Source: Candidatus Onthocola stercorigallinarum (lineage in GTDB: Bacteria > Bacillota_I > Bacilli_A > RF39 > UBA660). Taken from it: DNA of 36,834 nt. The DNA lies in NCBI GenBank assembly GCA_018715145.1, contig DVMD01000082.1, forward strand, positions 1 to 36,834, written 5' to 3'. Made by a program: the position numbers and the translations under genes. The notes beneath the pieces were generated by a model, which was given only the letters and a program-made list of their open reading frames with translations, was not told the DNA's origin and made no database searches. The number at the start of each line of letters is the position of its first letter. The stretch's first letter is position 1. Positions 9,042 to 19,300 of this stretch are shown here, in pieces.

Positions 9042-10203
9042 TATATTAACAATAATTGCTATACCTTTAGGTATTTTATTAGGATATTTTTTACCTAATG
9101 TTACCAAAGAACTTGCATTTATTGGGACAATTTATTTAAATTTATTAAAGTTTTTAGTTGTACCTTTAATATTTTGTAGTATAACTTATACAATTTATAA
9201 AGCTTCTATAAAAAGAGAAAAAACAGTTGTTAAATCAGTAATATTATTTATTATTATGTTTACAGTTACATTTTTAATAACATCAGGTATAGTTTATTTA
9301 GTAGATCCTGTTATAGATATTAATTTAAATGAATTTCAGTGGGATGAGGTAGTATCTAATTTGTCAGTATCAGAAGTTATAACTAATATATTTCCAAGTA
9401 ATATTATTACACCATTTCAAGAAAATGCTTTATTTACTTTGATACTACTTGCATTAATGTTAGGTTTTTGTGCATCAAAAGTAGAAAATGGCGATATCGT
9501 TATGAAGTCCATTAATGGACTTTCTAACATTTTCAAAAAAATGTTAGAATATATATTATATTTAAATCCTATTGGTGTTTTGTTTTTAATTGCGAGTGCA
9601 GTTGCGAGCTACAGTGGAGATATTATTCTAATGGGAATAGGGTATATAATACTGGCTTATATCTGTAGTATAGTTGTGATGTTTTTAGTAATGATGTTAC
9701 CTGTTTGGATTTATGCTAAAGTTAACCCAATTACCTATATTAAAAACTGTGCTAAAGTATGGCTAGTTAGTGCTACTAGTTGTTCATCACTAGCAACATT
9801 ACCACTAACTTTAAAAACTTGTATTAATGATTTTAAGTTACCTAAAGAAAAAACAGATATAATAGTATCTTTAGGTTGTGCAATTAACTTTTGTGGTGGT
9901 GCCGTATCTTTTGCTATATTAGGTTTATTTTGTAGTGAGTTATTTGGTGTTGATATTAATATAATGACTTATATTTTAATGCTTATTACTGCTTTGCTCA
10001 TCAATATGGCTGCTCCAGGCATACCTAATGGTGGTGTTGTAATTGGAGCAACATATCTATCAATATTTAATATTCCTCTTGATTTTATTGGTTTTTATAG
10101 TGGTATATATAAAATGCTTGATATGTCTTATACAACCCTAAATGTTACCGGAGATATCACGGCAAGTATTTTACTTACAAAGGGAGATGTTAAAAATGAA
10201 TGA
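9025..10203 (+). CDS. Dicarboxylate/amino acid:cation symporter (DAACS family)
   Basis: LKFLVVPLIF, NIFPSNI, TSCSSLATLP, LGCAINFCG, APGIPNGG, TTLNVTGD; polytopic membrane protein. Confidence 0.9.
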   Translation: MKKIISILTIIAIPLGILLGYFLPNVTKELAFIGTIYLNLLKFLVVPLIFCSITYTIYKASIKREKTVVKSVILFIIMFTVTFLITSGIVYLVDPVIDINLNEFQWDEVVSNLSVSEVITNIFPSNIITPFQENALFTLILLALMLGFCASKVENGDIVMKSINGLSNIFKKMLEYILYLNPIGVLFLIASAVASYSGDIILMGIGYIILAYICSIVVMFLVMMLPVWIYAKVNPITYIKNCAKVWLVSATSCSSLATLPLTLKTCINDFKLPKEKTDIIVSLGCAINFCGGAVSFAILGLFCSELFGVDINIMTYILMLITALLINMAAPGIPNGGVVIGATYLSIFNIPLDFIGFYSGIYKMLDMSYTTLNVTGDITASILLTKGDVKNE

Positions 10204-10663
10204 AGTTGTAAAACGCTTAACAGAACTAAATAAAACTATAGCTACAATGGAATCTTGTAGTGGTGGTGCAGTTGTTAATGCTATAACTAATATTCCTGGG
10301 GCTAGTGAAGTATTAAAATTTAGTGCAGTAACTTATGCTAATGAATTTAAAATTAAAATGGGAGTAGATAAAGATTTAATCGATAAATATAGTGTTTATA
10401 GTATGGAAGTTGCTAAAAATATGAGTTTAAAAATTACTGAGTTTGCAAACTCTAATTATGGAATTGGGATAACTGGTAAAATAAATAGAAAAGACCCTTA
10501 TAATGATCAAGGTAAAGATAATGAAATATTTATAAGCATATATGATAAAGATAATGCTAAATATATAACATTTAAATTAATAGCATTAAGTGCTGATAGA
10601 GAAAAAAATAAAGAATATATTGTAGAAGAAATTGCAAAAAAATTACTAGCTATTTTGGGATAG
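10196..10663 (+). CDS. CinA C-terminal domain protein (PncC-like NMN deamidase)
   Basis: IATMESCSGG, IPGASEV, VTYANEFK, S.EVAKNM, GIGITG. Confidence 0.85.
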   Translation: MNEVVKRLTELNKTIATMESCSGGAVVNAITNIPGASEVLKFSAVTYANEFKIKMGVDKDLIDKYSVYSMEVAKNMSLKITEFANSNYGIGITGKINRKDPYNDQGKDNEIFISIYDKDNAKYITFKLIALSADREKNKEYIVEEIAKKLLAILG

Positions 10664-11576
10664 CTAGTAATACAGTTTCTGTAGGATAAAATTTATTGCC
10701 AAAATATCTTAAATAAAATTTATAATTAGGATTAGTGTTATAAATAAATTTGGGAATATCGATAATATCTCCATGTTTATGATATACTGAAATTAATAAT
10801 TTTGGTGTATCATTTTTTATGTGATTTACACATCCTTTTAATGCTTTAAGTTCACTTCCTTCAATATCCATTTTAATCATGGTTACTTTTTCTAATACAT
10901 CATCATCTATTGTAATGCCTTGCACCTGTAATTCTCCCGAATCATCTAAAGTATTAGCAGAATCACTTACTAAATTGTTTTTAATATATAGAGTTTCTTC
11001 TTTATCTAATACTGCATTATTTCTAATATAAATATTTGGATAAATACTTAAATTTTGCTTTATATAATCAATGCTACTTGGAGTTATTTCATAAGCATAA
11101 ATACTTTTATATTCATGATAAGTATTTATATAATCAAGTATTGTATCCCCTGTATAGGCTCCGATATCTACAAAAACTTCAGAATTATCACAATTGATCA
11201 AATCTAAATCAAAATATTGATGATAATTCTTTTCAATTGCCATATCTAATGTATCAAATAAAGAATTATACCAATAATTAAGAATACCAAATAAAACTAT
11301 TTTTGAACGATAATCTCCAAGATTATCATATAGCCACATTAAATCAAATGTATGACTCTTTAAAATGCTACTTCTTCTTTCTAGTTCTTCAAATTCTCCA
11401 CTCACTAAATTTAATTTTCCCCAGTAGCCAAACTGCGCTAAAAATATTTCTATTGATGCAATAGTGCTAGAATTAAGTTTTTCATAATTTTCTTTAATAT
11501 GATTAAATATTTCTTCTTTACTCCTATTGTTAATTTCCCAAATTAAATTATTAAAATCAATATCTATTTTTTTCAT
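10650..11576 (-). CDS. FkbM family methyltransferase
   Basis: VFVDIGAYTGDT, IYAYE, IKMDIEGSELKALKG, PKLLISVYH. Confidence 0.9.
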   Translation of the reverse strand: MKKIDIDFNNLIWEINNRSKEEIFNHIKENYEKLNSSTIASIEIFLAQFGYWGKLNLVSGEFEELERRSSILKSHTFDLMWLYDNLGDYRSKIVLFGILNYWYNSLFDTLDMAIEKNYHQYFDLDLINCDNSEVFVDIGAYTGDTILDYINTYHEYKSIYAYEITPSSIDYIKQNLSIYPNIYIRNNAVLDKEETLYIKNNLVSDSANTLDDSGELQVQGITIDDDVLEKVTMIKMDIEGSELKALKGCVNHIKNDTPKLLISVYHKHGDIIDIPKFIYNTNPNYKFYLRYFGNKFYPTETVLLAIPK

Positions 11577-11646
11577 AATAAAATGTATGAAATGTTTTGA
11601 CAGATATGCAAAAATAGTGTATAGTATTGAAGAAAAAAGGAGTATT

Positions 11647-13116
11647 ATGGAAAAAGTTGCTAGTGCATTATTAAAAAAAGTTGCTACTTACAATATTTCT
11701 GCTGTGGAAATTGTTAAAAAAGCTTATCTGTATGCTTATGAAAAACACAAAAATCAATTTAGAGAAAGTGGAGAAGCTTATATAACTCATCCTCTAGCTG
11801 TAGCAAATATCCTTGCAGACTTGCATGCTGATACTGCAACTATATGTGCAGGCCTTTTACATGATACTTTGGAAGATACTAAAACAAGTGAAGAAGAATT
11901 ATTAAATACTTTTGGTCCCGAAATTACTAGTTTAGTTAAAGGTGTAACCAATATTACTAATATGGATTTTTATGATAAAACAACACTTAATCAAGTAAAT
12001 TTACGAAAATTATTATTAAGTATGAATAAAGATGTTAGAATCATTATCATTAAACTAGCAGATAGAATCCATAACATGCGAACTTTAGAATATAAAAAAG
12101 ATTTAAGAAAGCAACAATTAAAATCGCAAGAAACTATAAAAATTTTTGCTCCGATTGCTGAACATTTAGGGTTGTATCAAACAAAATTAGAATTAGAAGA
12201 CTTAAGTTTTATGTTTTTAGCTCCTGAAGATTATAAACAAATTAAAGAGTCTCATGCCAAAATTGAACAAGAATTTAGGATTTATCAAGAAGAAGTAGAA
12301 GAAAAAATAAGTAAAGTTTTACAAGATAATTATATATTTTCTACAATTAAATTTCGAATAAAAAATAAATATGGCGTTTATAAAAATATAATGAATGGTG
12401 AAACACTGGAAAATATTCATGATTTTTTAATATTTACGATAATACTTGATAATGTTGATAATTGTTATTTAGCTTTAAAATATATTCATGAGTTATATAA
12501 ACCAAATTCATGGTATTTTAAAGATTATATTGCCCAACCAAAACAAAATCATTATGAATCACTTCATACAACTGTTTTTGGCCCTGAAGATAAATTAATG
12601 CAAATGCAAATTAGAACTCCAGAAATGGAACAAATGGCTAAATATGGGATAACTTATTATTGGCATCAATTTGCAGATAACGCTAAAGATATAATGCAAG
12701 AAGCCTTCAATAAACAATATCCTTTAATGCAATCGATTATTTTAGCTAATAGAAATGCTAGATCTTATGCTGATTTCATTCAAATTGTGGAATCTGATGT
12801 TCTTGGAGAAAAAATTCCCATTTATAATAATAAGGGTGAGTTAATTGAAATAACAAATGGAGCTACACCAATAGATTACGCATATTTAAATTATTCTAAT
12901 GTTGCTAATCATTTAGCGGCAGTTATAGTAAATGGTGTTGCAGTTAATTTTGATTACACAATACAACCATATGATAAAATAAGAATAATTACCGATATTA
13001 ATGCTTTAGGTCCTGATGAATCATGGCTAGAAATTGCTAAAACTGCTACTGCTAAACAAAAAATAAAGGAATATTTAAGGAGAAATACTCAACGCTTGAC
13101 TAGATCTCCTTGGTAA
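11647..13116 (+). CDS. Short RelA/SpoT homologue (HD hydrolase + degenerate synthetase + TGS)
   Basis: H.NQFRESGEAYITHP, GLLHDTLEDT, IKLADRIHNMRTL, FKDYIAQPK, YESLHTT, TGS-like GATPIDYAY. Ends shortly after WLEIAKTATAKQKIK. Confidence 0.88.
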   Translation: MEKVASALLKKVATYNISAVEIVKKAYLYAYEKHKNQFRESGEAYITHPLAVANILADLHADTATICAGLLHDTLEDTKTSEEELLNTFGPEITSLVKGVTNITNMDFYDKTTLNQVNLRKLLLSMNKDVRIIIIKLADRIHNMRTLEYKKDLRKQQLKSQETIKIFAPIAEHLGLYQTKLELEDLSFMFLAPEDYKQIKESHAKIEQEFRIYQEEVEEKISKVLQDNYIFSTIKFRIKNKYGVYKNIMNGETLENIHDFLIFTIILDNVDNCYLALKYIHELYKPNSWYFKDYIAQPKQNHYESLHTTVFGPEDKLMQMQIRTPEMEQMAKYGITYYWHQFADNAKDIMQEAFNKQYPLMQSIILANRNARSYADFIQIVESDVLGEKIPIYNNKGELIEITNGATPIDYAYLNYSNVANHLAAVIVNGVAVNFDYTIQPYDKIRIITDINALGPDESWLEIAKTATAKQKIKEYLRRNTQRLTRSPW

Positions 13117-14006
13117 ATATTCCTTTTTTTCATTTCTTTATCAATATCATTTAAGACAACAAATTTCTTTATTAACCAATCTGGTGCTATTAATTCTTCT
13201 TTTATTGGGTCCCCTGTAATTCGCTCAATTACTATATCTTCATCAAGTAGTCTGAGTTCATCACAAACTATATCAATATATTCATCTTTAGTTAAAACAT
13301 GAAAAGGGTTAGATTTATAAATATCTGCAAGTTTTGTATTTTTACTTATATATAACATATGAATTTTTATGCCATCAATTTTTAAATCTTGTAAAAACTT
13401 AATAGTATTTAACATATCTTCTTTAGTTTCTCCTGGAAGCCCATTAATTATATGAGCAACAGTAAATATTCCTCGTTTTTTTAACTTTTCTACGGCTTCC
13501 TTAAAACATTCGGCAGTATGTCCGCGGTTGATAAATTTTAGAGTTTCATCATTACTACTTTGAAGTCCTAACTCAACCGTTAAAAATGTTTTTTTATTTA
13601 AATCTGTCAAATAATCTAACCATTCATCACTTAAAGTATCAGGTCTGGTTGCAATAGATATGCCAACAACTTTGTTCATAACTAACAACTTATCAACAAT
13701 ATTTTTAATATCTGATACACTCCTATAAGTATTAGTTCCAGATTGAAAATAAGCAATATATAAAGAATTGGGCCATTTATGCTCTAAAATTTTTTTATTT
13801 TGATTAAATTGTTCAATATAATCTAGATTACTATTCGTAATATTATCCTTACTTCTGTTGGAGCAATAAATACAACCACCAGTAGCCATATTAGGACAAG
13901 TACTATTAATATCAATTGGTACTTTAAATACTTTGCTATTAAATTTTTTCCTTAAAAAATAATTTAATGTGTAATATCTTTTATTATCTAATGTATTTTT
14001 AAACAT
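13089..14006 (-). CDS. TIGR01212-type radical SAM protein (YhcC/YtqA-like)
   Basis: TCPN...GGCIYC, IAYFQSGTNTY, IATRPD, VELGLQS, INRGH, HIINGLPGE, GIKIHML, IERITGD. GAGG RBS before ATG 14006. Confidence 0.88.
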   Translation of the reverse strand: MFKNTLDNKRYYTLNYFLRKKFNSKVFKVPIDINSTCPNMATGGCIYCSNRSKDNITNSNLDYIEQFNQNKKILEHKWPNSLYIAYFQSGTNTYRSVSDIKNIVDKLLVMNKVVGISIATRPDTLSDEWLDYLTDLNKKTFLTVELGLQSSNDETLKFINRGHTAECFKEAVEKLKKRGIFTVAHIINGLPGETKEDMLNTIKFLQDLKIDGIKIHMLYISKNTKLADIYKSNPFHVLTKDEYIDIVCDELRLLDEDIVIERITGDPIKEELIAPDWLIKKFVVLNDIDKEMKKRNIYQGDLVKR

Positions 14007-14060
14007 TCTAATTACCTCAGAAAGTATTTTATCAAAAACTAGAAAAGATGTCACTAATTA

Positions 14061-14089
14061 TTGTAATTTATTATAAAATTTAGTACAAT
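14061..14089 (+). promoter_or_regulatory. Promoter of tRNA-Thr
   Basis: TTGTAA, 17 nt spacer, TACAAT, ending 9 nt before the tRNA. Confidence 0.55.
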
Positions 14090-14098
14090 TAAATTGTT

Positions 14099-14174
14099 GC
14101 TGGAATAGCTCAATTGGCAGAGCAATGCCCTCGTAACGCATAGGTTGTAGGTTCAAGTCCTATTTCCAGCACCA
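14099..14174 (+). tRNA. tRNA-Thr (anticodon CGU)
   Basis: 76-nt cloverleaf: acceptor GCTGGAA/TTCCAGC + ACCA, D arm GCTC/GAGC, anticodon loop CT-CGT-AA, T arm GTAGG-TTCAAGT-CCTAT. Confidence 0.95.
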
Positions 14175-14230
14175 TTTTATATTATTATTGATTAATTAAA
14201 AATGTTTACAATGTAGAAAGGATACAAATT

Positions 14231-15109
14231 ATGAAGAAAGAAAACTTTAAAACAGAGATTATAGTAAAAGAACAAAAGATTAATGTTTTAAGAATTAATA
14301 ATACAGAATATATATCTCTTACTGATTTGGCAAGATATGCCAATCCAGAAGAACCTAAAATACCTATTTATTCTTGGATGCGAAATAAAGATGTTCTAGC
14401 ATATTTAGGTTTATGGGAACAACTTAATAATGAGAATTTCAAAGGTCACGAATTCGAGACCTTTGAAAATGAAGCTGGTAAAAATAGTTTTTATATGTCT
14501 CCTCAAAAATGGATTAAAGAAACTAATGCTATTGGTATTGTTTCTAAATCTGGCAACAATGGTGGTACTTATGCCAGAGTTGATATTGCTTTTGAATTTG
14601 CTAGTTGGTTATCTCCAGAATTTAAGTTATATTTAATTCAAGAATTTCAACGATTAAAGAAAACTGAAGCGTATCAAAATAAAATTGAATGGCATGCTAA
14701 TAGAGTTTTGGCTAAGGCAAACTATTTAGTTCATACTGATGCAATTAAAAGTATAATTGTTCCAACTTTAACTGAAAAGCAAAAAAAATTTATATATGCT
14801 GAAGAGGCTGATGTTTTAAATGTTGCTTTATTTGGAATGACCGCTAAAGAATGGCGGGAAAATAATCCAACTATAGCAGATAAGGGTAACATAAGAGATT
14901 ATACAGATTTGCTTCATTTAGTAATTTTAAATAATTTAGAAAATATAAATGCCGAATTAATCAAAATGAAAATTCCCCAAAGTGAAAGATTAGTTAGATT
15001 AAATTCTATTGCAAAAAAGCAAATGGAATTATTAAAAAATAGCAGATCATTTAATAATTTAGAATATATTGAAAATAAAGATAATTACAAAAAAGAGTTA
15101 CCAATGTAA
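14231..15109 (+). CDS. KilA-N domain DNA-binding protein
   Basis: YISLTDLARY, WMRNKDVL.YLGLWE.LNN.NF, SPQKWI..TNAIG..SKSG..GGTYA..DIAFEFASWLSPEFKLYLI.EFQRLK, HTDAIK, YAEEADVLNVALFG. Confidence 0.88.
   Translation: MKKENFKTEIIVKEQKINVLRINNTEYISLTDLARYANPEEPKIPIYSWMRNKDVLAYLGLWEQLNNENFKGHEFETFENEAGKNSFYMSPQKWIKETNAIGIVSKSGNNGGTYARVDIAFEFASWLSPEFKLYLIQEFQRLKKTEAYQNKIEWHANRVLAKANYLVHTDAIKSIIVPTLTEKQKKFIYAEEADVLNVALFGMTAKEWRENNPTIADKGNIRDYTDLLHLVILNNLENINAELIKMKIPQSERLVRLNSIAKKQMELLKNSRSFNNLEYIENKDNYKKELPM
14437..14468. repeat. 32-bp near-perfect palindrome inside the KilA-N coding sequence
   Basis: TTTCAAAGGTC-A-CGAATTCG-A-GACCTTTGAAA; 15 of 16 symmetric pairs match. Confidence 0.9.
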
Positions 15110-15137
15110 AACATTAATAATTTAATACAAAAGCCGA

Positions 15138-15885
15138 CTAATTTAGTTGGCACATTAAATGGAGATTGTCTAATTCGTTTAAAAATTCTGAGTTAGACAA
15201 TTTTTCTATTTTTTTAATAGAATCATCTGTGTAATAAACAATAACATTATCATAGTCTTCTAAATCATCATAAGTAAATATTGAGCCAAAAGGAATTCTA
15301 CCTTCAGTTAAATAAGTAGCAAAAGATTCACCATATTCCAGTTACTTCTTCTTTTATTTTGAAGGTATACAGTGTTATGGAAAATAATATGATTATTATC
15401 ATTGATGGTTTTAGTAGTATAATACATATTAAATACACTAATTCCTTTATTTTGAAAAATAAGTTCATTATTTTAAATGTTACATTCCATTACTCTCGCA
15501 TCATATTTTACATCAAGTTCTATATTATCATATAAAACATATAATCCTAAAACTATAATGAATCCAACTAATACTGTAGTAAAAAATATAATTAAGTATT
15601 TCTTGTATGTTTTATTATTTTTAGAAGATAAATTAATTATATTTTCTTCTAATTTTTCTTGATAATTATCTTGATTTAGTTTTTCTCCACTCATAGTTCA
15701 TTAATGGAAATATCTAAAATATCACAGATTGGTTTAAATAAACTTAAATCTGGCATACTTCTGCCATTTTTCCAATTGTTTACCGATTTTTCAGTAACTC
15801 CTAGTTTTTCTGCTAATTCTACTTGTGTCATCTTTTTTTGTTTACGACACTCAGCAATAAATTTGCCAATATGTTCTTGATCCAT
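15138..15885 (-). pseudogene. Frameshifted XRE-HTH membrane-anchored regulator
   Basis: MDQEHIGKFIAECRK...DISINEL* continues in another frame as MSGEKL... (usual motif ISINEL.SGE), then a TM helix. Further stops and shifts follow before a last open stretch (EYGESFATY...) ending near 15138. The 3' limit is uncertain. Confidence 0.7.
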
Positions 15886-15971
15886 TCTTCATCACCTAGC
15901 AATATTATATAATAAATTATAAATAATAACAGGAAATGTAACTAGAGTTTGTTTAAATGGAGTGGTAAATT

Positions 15972-16199
15972 ATTAATAGTGATAATTATTATTATGATGT
16001 TGTTAGAAAAAATATTAAGAAATATAGAAAGTTAGCTAATTTAACTCAGGCAGAGTTAGCAGATAAAAGTGGTATAACTATGAATTATTTGGCGAAAATT
16101 GAAAGTGAAAAAATGCAGATTGGTTTTTCTGTTGCTGTTATTGGAAGAATTGCTGATGCTCTAAATGTTGATATTAGAAATTTATTTGATATCGATTAA
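15972..16199 (+). CDS. Small XRE-family HTH regulator (~75 aa) with ATT start or a mutated start codon; absent from the ORF track
   Basis: ...YYDVVRKNIKKYRKLANLTQAELADKSGITMNYLAKIESEKMQIGFSVAVIGRIADALNVDIRNLFDID*. In-frame stop at 15966-15968; GGAGTGGT RBS 5 nt before ATT at 15972. Confidence 0.7.
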   Translation: MNSDNYYYDVVRKNIKKYRKLANLTQAELADKSGITMNYLAKIESEKMQIGFSVAVIGRIADALNVDIRNLFDID

Positions 16200-16328
16200 T
16201 TAAAAAGCTTATAGTAGAAATGAAAAAGAACAGATGAAAAATGAATAAAATCTGTTTTTTTAATTGTATAATTATATTAGTAATGGTATAATTGAGTTAA
16301 GAAAAACTGTAAGAAGTGAGGTAGTAAA

Positions 16329-19300
16329 ATGAATAGTAGTAAAAAATTATTTGGGGTTTTAGTTGGAGTATTAGTATTTTTAACTTGTATAGTAGATGTT
16401 AAAGGAATAGAAATCACAACTGATGAAATAGATAATTTAGAGAATAACGAAATTAATTTAAATATTGGGGACACTTTAATAATTAATGGTAATGATTCTA
16501 TTGATGCTATGTATTGTAGAAGTACTAATTCAGCATTTAATGTAACTGATTATTACAATTATTGTGAAATAAAAACAAATAATTATGCTAAAGGTTATAT
16601 TGTTGTTGATATACATGAAAATGATAATAATTATAGTAAATATTTTTATATTGATTCTGGTATTGACGAATATTTAGATGATATTTTAATAAGTATTCCT
16701 AATACTATTGAAGTGTTTAGTTATAATATTTATGATAATGTACCTGATTATATTAATATAAATACTGATTGCTATTTAGATAAGCCATCTCAAGTATGTA
16801 ATTTAAGTGTTAATTATAATTATTCACTTAATACAAATATTCCAGGTCACGAATCACCAATTAGTAAGAGCAAAGAAGTAACCCTTGTTAATAAAAGAAT
16901 ATTAACATCAGAGTATATGATATTCGATGTAAATAAAGAAATACACTTATCTTTACAAAATTATTATGGATCATATAATAATTTAATATTTGTAAGTACC
17001 GATACATCTGTTGCAACCATAGATGGAACTGGTGTTATAAGAACAATAAAACCAGGAGTAACTAAAATAAGAGTATATAATAAACTAGAATATAGTTATC
17101 AAGAAATGGAATTGGTAGTTAAAAATTATACTATGACTCCAGATGATTTACATGAATTATATAATAATAGTAACATAAATATTAATATAAATAATGAATA
17201 TTATTTAAATTATGATGGTGATAAAATATCTTATAATAATTTATTAAATGATTATTTATATAAAGAATTTAATAATTTTATATCTAGTGAGTATTTTTAC
17301 AATGGATTAAATAATATTAACTGTCTAGATAATGTATGTAGTTTTGATTTAAGTTATCATTATAAGGGAGAAAATAAAACATTAAGTTTTAGTAATGTAA
17401 CAATTAATTTAGAAGGATTATATATAAAAAATAGTAGTATCTTATATAAAAACGAATTATTTATGTTAGATTATTTTAATTTAACTAATGTATTAGAAGA
17501 AGATATTACAATTATATATGATCATAATTATATTCAAGATAATTTAGATGGCACTTATACTTCACTTAAAGCTGGGAAAACCGAAATTACTTTAACTGGT
17601 GGAGGTTATACAACAACTAAAACAGTATATATTAAATATGCTTATGAAGAAGATAATGAATTTTTAAATTATTATAATAATTATGATGTTACATTACCTT
17701 ATAATGAATTATCTTTTATTAATTATCAAAACTTAGATTTATTAACATATTTAGTTAAAAATAAAATAATAATGGACTGTCCTAATGAAGAAATAAGAGA
17801 TATGTTAACACCAGAAGTATATTGTTTTTCTTCTAAAAATTGCCAAGTAAAAATTAATGCTACAATTGATAATCAATTATTAATTGGATCATACGATTAT
17901 AAAACAGTAAATATAAATTATCAAGGATATGATCAAGAAACCATTGATAAAATAAATAATATAGATAAAGAGATATTAGATGAATATAATATTGATATTA
18001 TTGACACAATAAAATATCTTGATTTAGCTAAAGGAGATTTAAAAACATTATTTGATAGTATAGTAAATGATAAATTGGCTAATATTAATTCATTAGATGT
18101 AAGTTATGATTATATTGATACAATTGAACTTGCAAATGATTTAGTAATTGGGGCTAAATATAAAATAAATATTATCAATAATGGTAATGTAATATATAGT
18201 AAAGATATAATAATTAACATTGATAGAATAGTTGATGCTGATGTAACATTAGATATAAATAATTTAGATAGTTATTTAAAAGAATATGTTGATAATATAC
18301 TTATGAGTGATGTTGTTGTAAGCAATTTATATGATAATGTATATAATATTACAAATAATGATTATTCATTTAATTTAATGCTAGATAAAAAAGAAGCGAT
18401 ATTAATATCTAGTGTTAGTTTAACTGAAGATATGATTGAATTAGATGTAGGAGATACTAAACAAATAGAATATAGAATTTATCCAACTGGAGCTACATAT
18501 GGCGAAATAACATACACAAGTGGTAATGAAGATATATTATCAGTTAGTGAAGATGGTATAATTACAGCTCATAAAAAAGGCTTTACATATGTAGATATTA
18601 AAGTTAATTATTCAACTACTAAATTAATGGTAGCTGTTGGTATGAGTGCTAAAGAGGGATTAGATGAACTATTAAGTAGTTTAAATAAAGATTTAACTAT
18701 TAATTACTCAATATTAAATATCACTTATTATGGAAGTTTTGATGAAGCATTGAAAAATGCAGTTGCTAATAAAGTGAGAGATGAACTATCTATGGCTAAT
18801 TATAATATTACAGTTGATGTAATGATAGACAATGAAGAATACTATGTTAGAATAAAACCATATAATTATGATGAATATAGCGATTATCAATTGGTTACAT
18901 TTGAACTTGAAGGAATTCATTTAAATAATGATTTATATACGATTTCTTCTGGCGAAACAGTAGATACTGAACTATTCTTTACTGAAGGCGATAATTTAAA
19001 TTTATATACATCCATTAATAATAGTGATATCATAAGTTATGACAATAATGGATTACTTACTGGTCTTAAAACTGGAATTGCAGAAGTAAGTATTAATGAT
19101 AAATATATAAATTATTCTAATTATTTTAAAGTAATAGTAAATTATGAGGAATATATGAATAATTTAATTAATGAAATAAATAAAACTATTATAGAAGTAG
19201 ATTATAAAGAAATAGATAGTTACAATTATGAAATTTCGTTGTATTCAGTAGTATATAATTTATTAAACGCAAAATATAGTTTATATTATTTAATACAAAC

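Noticed and set aside
14099-16300. Prophage or integrative element at tRNA-Thr
   Set aside because: No integrase, structural genes or repeated tRNA 3' end found in the window.
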